Origin: a virus
Lineage: Duplodnaviria; Caudoviricetes
Virus record (IMG/VR): IMGVR_UViG_3300011335_000409
Coordinates: 1-29,727 of that record
Length of the DNA stretch: 29,727 nt
Reading direction: 5' to 3' (one strand)
Below the pieces are notes generated by a model. It saw only the letters and a program-made list of their open reading frames with translations. It made no database searches and was not told the origin of the DNA. Of this stretch, positions 22,966 to 29,727 are shown in pieces. Position 1 is the stretch's first letter; every line of letters begins with the position of its first letter. The position numbers and the translations under genes were made by a program.

Positions 22966-24260
22966 TGAAATGCATATTTACCAAAGTTTCTTTTTAATTC
23001 GTAAAATGACCGCATAATTATGGCATCCGCAAAGTCGGGACTTAAGCCGTGTCGCTTCTTTAAGTCCTCTTTGTTAGTCACTCTTAACTTTCCATCACTA
23101 TCCAGTTTCTCGCGCCTTACCATTTCAAGTTCTTTAACTATCGTGTCCTTGTGTGTTGGTTCAAACGTGATAAGGTTGTTCGTGATTAGTTCACCAAGTT
23201 TAAAATAACAATCGGATTTAAGGTTCATATAGTTATCACGTATCGCTTTTGAACCGTTCAAGAATCCTTTACATCGGATGTAATCCACTGCACCGCCACC
23301 AATACCATCTTCATCCACCAACACATTTGAAAGTTTGACATTGTGAGTTCGGATAAGTTCGTTGACTATTGCCACCGTTTCGTTAATCGGTTTGTGTTTT
23401 AGAACAATGAACTTTTCAGCGTGTAATCCATCCCACAATACAATCACGGTTCTATCGTCACCCATTCGCGCAATGTCAGCAGTAATGTACTTATCGCCTT
23501 TCGTTTGTTGTGGTCTAAAACAACGCAGTAAATCATCGTATTCATACAAGCGGTCTTTGGTTTCGTCATAATCCCAATCACCTTCTAACAACCTTTTGCG
23601 GTCAATGTCGGGAAGTAGTTGTAATGATTCTAAATATACTGGCGAAATATGTGGGTTGTCAGTTGGCAATGCTTGGATAAAGTCGCGGTCTTGCCTTATC
23701 GTTCCGTTACGCTTGGCATCAAAGAACTCGGAGTAAAGCCAACCTTTGTGAGGATTGCAAGTGAGCAATATCTTTGGCTTGTCATCTACCAATTTATAAC
23801 GCATACGAGAGGATAAGATGTCGATACACTTTTGACTTACCTCTCCTGCCTCATCTACAAATGAATCGGTTATTTCTATTGAACCGAACCTTTGGAACTC
23901 GGGGTCGGATGGCATATCGGCTAAGTCCATTAGTATCGTTTCGCTACCATTGTACCATTTAATTACGTGGTCTTGTCCGTTATATGTATAATGTTTGCCA
24001 GGAACAAGTCCATATTGAGCGCACAATTCAAAGAAAGTAGCCATTGTACTCAATCGTAACTTCTTTAACTCTGCACGACCAATTAAACCGCGTGTACCTG
24101 CGTATTTCAACCGTCTTTTTATTTGCCAATCGCAACCGAGGAACGACTTGCCTCCGCCAACTCCTCCACCATATAACACTTGTACTTTTTTAGAATTAGT
24201 TGATAGTGCTTCTAAAGCATCAAGTTGTTTTTTATGATAATTTATTGAACGTGCTTCCAT
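22962..24260 (-). CDS. terL: Terminase large subunit
   Basis: Walker A YGGGVGGGKS, Walker B SFVDEA, TCNP coupling motif, and nuclease motifs ADIARMGDD and SPDFADA. Confidence 0.92.
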   Translation of the reverse strand: MEARSINYHKKQLDALEALSTNSKKVQVLYGGGVGGGKSFLGCDWQIKRRLKYAGTRGLIGRAELKKLRLSTMATFFELCAQYGLVPGKHYTYNGQDHVIKWYNGSETILMDLADMPSDPEFQRFGSIEITDSFVDEAGEVSQKCIDILSSRMRYKLVDDKPKILLTCNPHKGWLYSEFFDAKRNGTIRQDRDFIQALPTDNPHISPVYLESLQLLPDIDRKRLLEGDWDYDETKDRLYEYDDLLRCFRPQQTKGDKYITADIARMGDDRTVIVLWDGLHAEKFIVLKHKPINETVAIVNELIRTHNVKLSNVLVDEDGIGGGAVDYIRCKGFLNGSKAIRDNYMNLKSDCYFKLGELITNNLITFEPTHKDTIVKELEMVRREKLDSDGKLRVTNKEDLKKRHGLSPDFADAIIMRSFYELKRNFGKYAFQ

Positions 24261-24829
24261 CTTCTTAAAATTGCATCTTTAATTGTATGATGACTAACTC
24301 CGTATTCTTTGGCTAACATTTCGCGAGTATAAATTCTTGGTTTGAACTTTTGACGAATCTCTTTTACCTGTTCTTCATTTAGTTTAGACATTCCGTTTTT
24401 TGATCCACGCGCTAATGGTAAATAATCTGGATTACCATTATTTAAAAATCTACCATTTATTTTTGAATGATAAGAATTTTCTTTAGGTGTAGCCCATTCT
24501 AAATTAGATACTCGGTTATCATCACGTTCAAAGTTTATATGGTTTACCTGCAATTTGTTTAATGGATTTTCAATCCAAGTTTCAGCAACTACGCGATGCA
24601 TTTTCACCGTCTTAAATTTACCATTGATTAATAGCATTGTGCGGTAATAACCATTGGCATCTTTTGCAGGTTTCATTATAGTACAACGTTTTGAACCGCG
24701 ATAACCAGTAGTAAGCAATCGCCCCATATTACTAACTAAATATCTATTGTTAGTGTTGGCAACGTATCTCCATTGTTCATTAGGCAAAGAATCCAATTCA
24801 ATCCCTAAACTTTCTAATGTGTAATTCAT
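24242..24829 (-). CDS. NUMOD4-HNH homing endonuclease with C-terminal HTH
   Basis: EQWR..Y.VSNMGR (NUMOD4); HRVVA...VNHINFERDDNRVSNLEW (HNH). An alternative start lies at 24847. Confidence 0.9.
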   Translation of the reverse strand: MNYTLESLGIELDSLPNEQWRYVANTNNRYLVSNMGRLLTTGYRGSKRCTIMKPAKDANGYYRTMLLINGKFKTVKMHRVVAETWIENPLNKLQVNHINFERDDNRVSNLEWATPKENSYHSKINGRFLNNGNPDYLPLARGSKNGMSKLNEEQVKEIRQKFKPRIYTREMLAKEYGVSHHTIKDAILRRWKHVQ

Positions 24830-24883
24830 AGTGCTAAAATACAACATTTATACATTGAATGTGCAACCAAAGTAATAAAGTTA

Positions 24884-25657
24884 TTAACTTAACTTTGCTT
24901 TAATTCGTTCTTGCAAAATATGACTATCCATAATATCCGCGTATAACAAACGCATTATCCCTTGGCGAACTTCTAAATCAAAGTTCTCCTTTTCAATGCG
25001 TTTCATATTAGTGACCGCGTAATTGGACAATCCCTTTTCACTGCAAAGATTTTGGAACGACATAAACTTGAACTTTTTCCACTCGTCATCACTCCAACAG
25101 TCGGGATGAATCGCGCCAAGTTCCTCGAACTTACGCATCATTGATGGCGCAAGTAACATAACCGCAACTCTTTGCCCTTCCTTCCATCGTTTCAAATCAC
25201 TTTCAAACATTGCTTTGAAATCAACTGGAGTATCGTCTATTGTAGTTGTACCAATGGACAACTTGGCTTTCTTTCGGTCAATATCCAAGTTCAACTGCAT
25301 CTTGTAAATCTTATACGCGTTCAACACATCTGATAAAAACTGAATTGACATAAGACCGTAATGTTCTATTCGCTTCCACGCCATTCCAACTGCATTGAGT
25401 TGGAACGCTAAACCGATTTCAGCAATGGTAAAGAAGCGGTAGTATTGTTGAGCAGTGTCGTATAGCATTTGCGTTTCCTCTGGTGACGGAAGTTGTTTAA
25501 TTCCGCTTATAACGATTCCCTTTGCAATTAACGATTTAAACATAGGTAAGGTGGATTCGCACACCTTTGTTTGATTTACCGCCTCTAAATAGGCTCTTTC
25601 GTCATTCGTCAAGCCATTGTTGTAGTGCTGACCTTTGTACTCTACCAAGTTGCTCAT
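24884..25657 (-). CDS. Replication-region hypothetical protein, possibly helicase loader-like
   Basis: 257 aa, directly after the initiator-like gene; function inferred from position only. Confidence 0.55.
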   Translation of the reverse strand: MSNLVEYKGQHYNNGLTNDERAYLEAVNQTKVCESTLPMFKSLIAKGIVISGIKQLPSPEETQMLYDTAQQYYRFFTIAEIGLAFQLNAVGMAWKRIEHYGLMSIQFLSDVLNAYKIYKMQLNLDIDRKKAKLSIGTTTIDDTPVDFKAMFESDLKRWKEGQRVAVMLLAPSMMRKFEELGAIHPDCWSDDEWKKFKFMSFQNLCSEKGLSNYAVTNMKRIEKENFDLEVRQGIMRLLYADIMDSHILQERIKAKLS

Positions 25658-25976
25658 TTTGATTATTGTTTTTAGTTACAAATTTACTTAAATCCCAAGC
25701 GCTACGCATTGCCGCTTTCCAATCTTTCATTTTATTTTTGCCGTACTTCCAACCTGTATTGGTGTAATGGCTGATAAAGACATCGGCAAAGTTAAGCGCG
25801 TCATTAGATGATGACATTGGAAGTCGCTCCAAAAAGTATTCCGCTACTTGCTCGGATGTTGGTGGAGTGAAATTCGTTCTCGGTGTCTTTTGATGCAACG
25901 AAGATATCATCTCTTCTATAGCAGATATTCTTGAATTTAACAATGCTATTGCGTGTTCTACTTGTTGTTCGTTCAT
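25602..25976 (-). CDS. Replisome-organiser C-terminal-like domain protein
   Basis: FTPPT.EQV..YF...HY...GWK.GKNKMKDWKAA.R.W motif. Confidence 0.7.
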   Translation of the reverse strand: MNEQQVEHAIALLNSRISAIEEMISSLHQKTPRTNFTPPTSEQVAEYFLERLPMSSSNDALNFADVFISHYTNTGWKYGKNKMKDWKAAMRSAWDLSKFVTKNNNQNEQLGRVQRSALQQWLDE

Positions 25977-26421
25977 TGATTCGTTTTGTTAATTTGTTAC
26001 AATTATAACCCATTTGTTCCAATTCTATAATAGCTAATCTAATTTTGTTTTTAAAAGAAACATCTACTTGACAAAGATTGATTGCCTTTTTTACCGAGTG
26101 GATGATGGTTGCGTGGTCTTGCTTGAATAAGGTTAAACCAATTTGGCGTAACGTATAGTTTGTACTGGCAAAGATTAGAAAGTAAATCGTTGCCCTTGCA
26201 TCTACAATTTCGCGTCTTCTAATATTCGACCTTAAATCAGTTATGTTTACCTCATAAATATTACTTACTATTTTAATGATATCCGTTTCAATAGATGGAG
26301 TCATTTCTTTCTCGTCCAAGAACTCAATCAATTCTTGTCTTGTATGGTTGTTAAATAGTTCAAGTAATTCGCGCCCATTCTTAACGCGATATTTAACCAT
26401 AAAATCAATTAATTTACTCAT
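25804..26421 (-). CDS. Protein with a DnaA domain IV (Bac_DnaA_C)-like HTH
   Basis: R.REIVDAR...TLRQIG....QDHATIIHS matches the DnaA C-terminal signature. Confidence 0.8.
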   Translation of the reverse strand: MSKLIDFMVKYRVKNGRELLELFNNHTRQELIEFLDEKEMTPSIETDIIKIVSNIYEVNITDLRSNIRRREIVDARATIYFLIFASTNYTLRQIGLTLFKQDHATIIHSVKKAINLCQVDVSFKNKIRLAIIELEQMGYNCNKLTKRINERTTSRTRNSIVKFKNICYRRDDIFVASKDTENEFHSTNIRASSGILFGATSNVII

Positions 26422-26659
26422 CTCCTTCGTGTTTAATTGTTCGTTGTTCGCTTTCCAATATTATGTTCACAACCTCTTTAATGTTGACTTTGGTATAAGT
26501 TGCAACTTTACTAATGTCGCATACGTGCATCGTCATTGGTTGTTCGTGCCATCTTTTCGCCTGTGAAAAAGATATGCCCATTGCTTTCGCAAGGTTTGAC
26601 GTGTTGCCAAACCAAGCGAAAACGAATGTTTCCCATTTACTTTTCATTAAGTTGCTCAT
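26414..26659 (-). CDS. Small HTH-like regulator
   Basis: FGNTSNLAKAMGISFSQAKRW; likely ATG start at 26659. Confidence 0.55.
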   Translation of the reverse strand: MSNLMKSKWETFVFAWFGNTSNLAKAMGISFSQAKRWHEQPMTMHVCDISKVATYTKVNIKEVVNIILESEQRTIKHEGDE

Positions 26660-26765
26660 TAATGGTGTCAATAATTGGGGTGAATAACTTGGCAATGTGT
26701 GGGTCGTAGGAATGTTTTTCCTGCTGCTTAACCGCGACTTCTAAAACTGCTTGTAATTGTTTCAT
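26637..26765 (-). CDS. Hypothetical 42-aa protein
   Basis: MKQLQAVLEVAVKQQEK...NEK*; A-rich leader. Confidence 0.5.
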   Translation of the reverse strand: MKQLQAVLEVAVKQQEKHSYDPHIAKLFTPIIDTINEQLNEK

Positions 26766-26812
26766 ATTATTATTGGTTTAAGGGGTTCTAAAATTCTTAA
26801 TACTTCTTGCTT

Positions 26813-27262
26813 TCAAAATGGAAGGTCATCACTATCCATCTTGGCATTGCTGCGTGCATTGTCTTGAGCATCGTCAGTTGGTGCAATTCCGTGTATTAAA
26901 TAGCGTTCAAATAGTTGAGCTACTTCAATAACCTTTGCTGGGTTATCAGAATGGTTCATATCAACCGAAGCCTTAAGAGCAACTGCACGTGCAATAGATT
27001 CCTCTTTCGCTTGTGAGTTATTAGATGAATAGTTACCGCCATTGCTTGGAGCAAATGTGCGTTGCTCTTGCACCCATTTGATTTTGTGACCTCTACCGCT
27101 TGGAGTGATTTCATAACTCTTTTCGTCACCAACTGCGAATGGTGGCGTTTGTGATTTACTGAACACCGTACCCGTGTCGTTGTTGTCCATTGTTACCTCG
27201 AATTTAAAGAGGTCGTTCCAAGTTCCATTCCCTTGGATGTGCGTAATTTTCGCTTTTTTCAT
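26813..27262 (-). CDS. Single-stranded DNA-binding-like protein
   Basis: OB-fold-like N-terminus and acidic DDLPF C-terminal tail. Confidence 0.7.
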   Translation of the reverse strand: MKKAKITHIQGNGTWNDLFKFEVTMDNNDTGTVFSKSQTPPFAVGDEKSYEITPSGRGHKIKWVQEQRTFAPSNGGNYSSNNSQAKEESIARAVALKASVDMNHSDNPAKVIEVAQLFERYLIHGIAPTDDAQDNARSNAKMDSDDLPF

Positions 27263-27268
27263 TTTGAT

Positions 27269-27469
27269 TTATTTAATTGTTAAATTGTTTTCGTTATCGG
27301 TCGAGCCTATCGCCCAAGATTCATCTTTAAGAATTGGGTGTTTAACGCTATGCGTCTTTTCGCAGTTGTCACACCAGGACTCACAATCGTGAATTGATGT
27401 CCAAACACCTTTACCATATTCGTTGTGAATCAATGTTCCACATCGTTCGCAAGGTACGTACTCTCTCAT
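27269..27469 (-). CDS. Small Zn-ribbon protein
   Basis: CERC...CDNC. Confidence 0.65.
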   Translation of the reverse strand: MREYVPCERCGTLIHNEYGKGVWTSIHDCESWCDNCEKTHSVKHPILKDESWAIGSTDNENNLTIK

Positions 27470-27630
27470 TTTTGGTAGGTTCTTTCGGTTAGTAGTTCGG
27501 TCATCCTTTCGAGTGGTGTTCTTGGTACTGAATTCGCGATGTGTTGCGCGAGTTGGTTGTAGTCCAGTTTCTCACTTGGGTAACTTGCGGATTGAACGCA
27601 AATAAACTTTCTTGGGTAATTACTTTGCAT
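27466..27630 (-). CDS. Hypothetical 54-aa protein
   Basis: MQSNYPRKFICVQ...YQK*; ATGA overlap. Confidence 0.55.
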   Translation of the reverse strand: MQSNYPRKFICVQSASYPSEKLDYNQLAQHIANSVPRTPLERMTELLTERTYQK

Positions 27631-27772
27631 TGTTAATGGCTTTTAAGGTTGTGTCTTTATCTTCTTTGCTGAAAAATACATCACTTGGCTCATAGTTGGT
27701 CACCGCTTGTTTTAAGAATAATAATTCAACATAAGTAACTTCAACTACCCATTTATCTTCTTTCTTTGCCAT
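27620..27772 (-). CDS. Hypothetical 50-aa protein
   Basis: MAKKEDKWVVEV...NAK*; fills the gap. Confidence 0.55.
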   Translation of the reverse strand: MAKKEDKWVVEVTYVELLFLKQAVTNYEPSDVFFSKEDKDTTLKAINNAK

Positions 27773-27775
27773 AAC

Positions 27776-27988
27776 TTAAATGATTTCAAAGATAAAGATT
27801 TCATCGCGAAAAGGAGAGGTTGCAGGGGTCATTGGGTCGTAAGCAAATGCCCATCCGTCTTGGTCAACTCTAACATCCAAGTTCATTTCACTTGCGTGTC
27901 TTTGAACTGATTGGTTGGCATCCTCGATTGTTGGGAAGTTAAAACTCTTTTTAACTGATCCGTCTGTGTAAATGTGAACTGTGTACAT
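27776..27988 (-). CDS. Early hypothetical protein
   Basis: 70-aa ORF with an A-rich leader. Confidence 0.7.
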   Translation of the reverse strand: MYTVHIYTDGSVKKSFNFPTIEDANQSVQRHASEMNLDVRVDQDGWAFAYDPMTPATSPFRDEIFIFEII

Positions 27989-28019
27989 AATTGTTTTTTT
28001 TAAGTTGTTAGTTTTTAGT

Positions 28020-28244
28020 TTATGCCTCTACAAAAATCATTGTAGAATCAATTTCGGCGTCATAAAGATATTCTACTTGTGCATTACCACTGATAAAATA
28101 CTTTGCGATTTTAAGCATTGCGTTTTTATTTTCACCTTCAAAGTGGAAAGTAAATGATCTTTCACCTCTGATAGACATATCAACCATAATTCCTGCATAT
28201 TGGCTGATGAACTGTTTTACTGCTTGAATCTTTGCGTTTTTCAT
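28020..28244 (-). CDS. Early hypothetical protein, first gene of the leftward operon
   Basis: 74-aa ORF downstream of a consensus promoter. Confidence 0.7.
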   Translation of the reverse strand: MKNAKIQAVKQFISQYAGIMVDMSIRGERSFTFHFEGENKNAMLKIAKYFISGNAQVEYLYDAEIDSTMIFVEA

Positions 28245-28269
28245 TGTGCTTTTGTTTTTGTTTGTTGAG

Positions 28270-28301
28270 CAAATATATATACATTCTTTTCTTCATTCCA
28301 A
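28270..28301 (-). promoter_or_regulatory. Consensus Bacteroidota promoter TTTG-N20-TATATTTG (leftward early promoter)
   Basis: CAAATATA at 28270-28277 and CAAA at 28298-28301 on the + strand. Confidence 0.8.
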
Positions 28302-28366
28302 ATTTATTTTGAAAAAAAATAAAAGTATTTTGTTTTTTGTAGGTTTTACAAGGGTTGTAGGATGTA

Positions 28367-28385
28367 ATTTAGACGTATTCTAAAT
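28367..28385. promoter_or_regulatory. 19-bp palindromic operator, Fur-box-like
   Basis: ATTTAGA-CGTAT-TCTAAAT, 5 nt before the ATG at 28391. Confidence 0.65.
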
Positions 28386-28390
28386 AAGAA

Positions 28391-28786
28391 ATGAAACAAA
28401 AGATACTTAATTCAGTAAAGCCACGCGCTAAAAAACCATTTAGCGGTGAAGCAGGATTGCAAGTTGCGGTAATTCAGTATCTAAAAATGGCTTATCCTAC
28501 GGCTATTTACTGCGCAAGTGCAGGTGGAATGTTTACATCAATGAAACAAGCCATCAAAATGAAGGCGACAGGATATGTAAAAGGATTCCCCGACTTACAA
28601 ATCTGCGAACCAAACGAAAAATACCACGGATTGTTTATCGAATTAAAGACATCGAAAGGGATTGCAAGTAAGGAGCAGAAGGAATGGATAAAGATTTTAA
28701 ACAAAAAGGGTTATTTCGCGTCTATATGCAAAGGCTTTGATGAAGCAAAAGAAGTAATTGATGGATATTTCAACGGCACAATATAA
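28391..28786 (+). CDS. VRR-NUC domain nuclease (putative Holliday junction resolvase)
   Basis: E..LQ, GFPDL, FIELK and S.EQ.EW PD-(D/E)xK motifs. Confidence 0.88.
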   Translation: MKQKILNSVKPRAKKPFSGEAGLQVAVIQYLKMAYPTAIYCASAGGMFTSMKQAIKMKATGYVKGFPDLQICEPNEKYHGLFIELKTSKGIASKEQKEWIKILNKKGYFASICKGFDEAKEVIDGYFNGTI

Positions 28787-29255
28787 CAAGTACCGCAAAT
28801 TTGCGGAGGTTATCGCAGGTAGTCGATACGATGGCGATGAACTTCTGCATTCTACATTACTGAATATCCTTGAAAGTCCATCGTTAAACATCCGCGACCT
28901 TGACAACTACGTGATGTGTTCACTTAAATGGGAATACACGCGCCCACGTACACGTTTTAAAAAGTTGGTAGGTGAGTTTCAAAGTAATTGGAAAGACCTG
29001 GAGCCATTTCAATTCGAGATTGCAATCAATGCCAATGGTGAAACTTGGGTAGGTAGTAGGTTAACTAATGAGCAGTTAGACATCCTAATCAGTAGGCTAC
29101 CATCATTTGAGCGCGATGTTTTCCAACTATACGTAATGAGCGACTTTAGTTACCGCGAACTATCCGAGGAAACAGGAATACCAGTATCGTATCTATACGA
29201 CACCGTTAAACGAGCCAAAGAAGAAATAAAGAAAAGTATCAAATATGACGAATAA
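28758..29255 (+). CDS. ECF-like RNA polymerase sigma factor
   Basis: Region-2-like GDELLHSTLL; region-4 LPSFERDVFQL...SYRELSEETGI....LY.TVKRAK. Confidence 0.75.
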   Translation: MMDISTAQYNKYRKFAEVIAGSRYDGDELLHSTLLNILESPSLNIRDLDNYVMCSLKWEYTRPRTRFKKLVGEFQSNWKDLEPFQFEIAINANGETWVGSRLTNEQLDILISRLPSFERDVFQLYVMSDFSYRELSEETGIPVSYLYDTVKRAKEEIKKSIKYDE

Positions 29256-29727
29256 AGAAATGTTCACCTATCGGATGGAGATTTGTTCAGCGTGTCCGAT
29301 ATTCAATAAGACAACCCGAACGTGTGGCACTCCACTTAACAAACTAAACCCATTTGCCGAATGGCACGAAATGAATGGGGTTAGGTTTAAGCCTTGTGGA
29401 TGCTTTATGGATGTTAAGGCAAGAATGGCTCTGCAAGAATGTCCTGCAGGTCTTTGGGGTTCGGTTGTGGATAATGACAAAATTGAAGAGGCGAAGGAAC
29501 TTATTAAAGTAATTAAGGAAAGCGGAAAGGTAACTGGCGAACAACGCAAAGTTCTTGGTCAACTCAAAGGAATAATTCAAGGCGGTAAGGCGGTATCACT
29601 TCGCCATTGCGTTGTATGTGTCAACAAGTTAGTGGATGAGTTAGGTCATCAACTTAAAAGAGAGGAATCGGAGTTAATCACCGAACCCATCACCGAATCA
29701 ATCACCGAACCACAACCCAAGAAACGT
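29245..29727 (+). CDS. Cys-rich putative metal-binding protein (~168 aa), continuing across the circular junction to the stop at 275
   Basis: ATG at 29245 overlaps the sigma gene end. Reads MTNKEMFTYRMEICSACPIFNKTTRTCG...PCGCFMDVKARMALQECPAGLW...HCVxC, is open to the contig end and is in frame with 27..275. Confidence 0.85.
   Translation, partial: MTNKEMFTYRMEICSACPIFNKTTRTCGTPLNKLNPFAEWHEMNGVRFKPCGCFMDVKARMALQECPAGLWGSVVDNDKIEEAKELIKVIKESGKVTGEQRKVLGQLKGIIQGGKAVSLRHCVVCVNKLVDELGHQLKREESELITEPITESITEPQPKKR
29477..29727. repeat. Right copy of the terminal duplication; unit genome 29476 bp
   Basis: Direct alignment to 1-251. Confidence 0.95.

Noticed and set aside
26414-28390. Lysogeny switch or prophage boundary
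   Set aside because: Divergent promoters and a small HTH exist, but I recognised no integrase, CI-type peptidase, partition genes or host genes.
28697-29580. Minus-strand ORFs 28697-28906, 29268-29549 and 29344-29580
   Set aside because: They are antisense to the VRR-NUC, sigma and Cys-rich genes, which have clear motifs.
1-29727. Alternative genetic code or restriction-site avoidance
   Set aside because: The standard code gives dense, full-length genes using normal stops. Motif depletion needs k-mer counts I cannot do reliably by eye.

Overview
This window is an essentially complete, circularly assembled ~29.48 kb tailed-phage genome (siphovirus-like). Bases 1-251 duplicate 29477-29727. 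The host is probably a Bacteroidota/Flavobacteriia member, judged from TAnnTTTG promoters and AT-rich leaders without Shine-Dalgarno sequences. The + strand (28391 round to 20471) carries VRR-NUC, an ECF-like sigma factor, a Cys-rich protein, a ~340-nt structured non-coding tract, a TerS-like gene, tail genes, tape measure, protease, scaffold, capsid, tail tube, portal, adaptor and lysis genes. The - strand (28244 to 20434) carries small early genes, SSB-like, DnaA-domain-IV and replication proteins, NUMOD4-HNH, TerL, a PAPS-reductase-like enzyme and a MazG-like enzyme. I recognised no integrase, DNA polymerase or helicase. The most interesting signals are: (1) a densely base-paired, pseudoknotted candidate ncRNA at 511-844; (2) a 19-bp Fur-box-like palindrome just before the sigma-factor operon; (3) an A11 slippery run in the portal gene whose -1 frame stops immediately, predicting short and long portal isoforms; (4) a -1 frameshifting tail chaperone in an atypical position; (5) a kissing-loop RNA before the head terminator; (6) TerL separated from TerS and lying on the opposite strand. 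All product calls come from motif recognition by eye; no searches were run.
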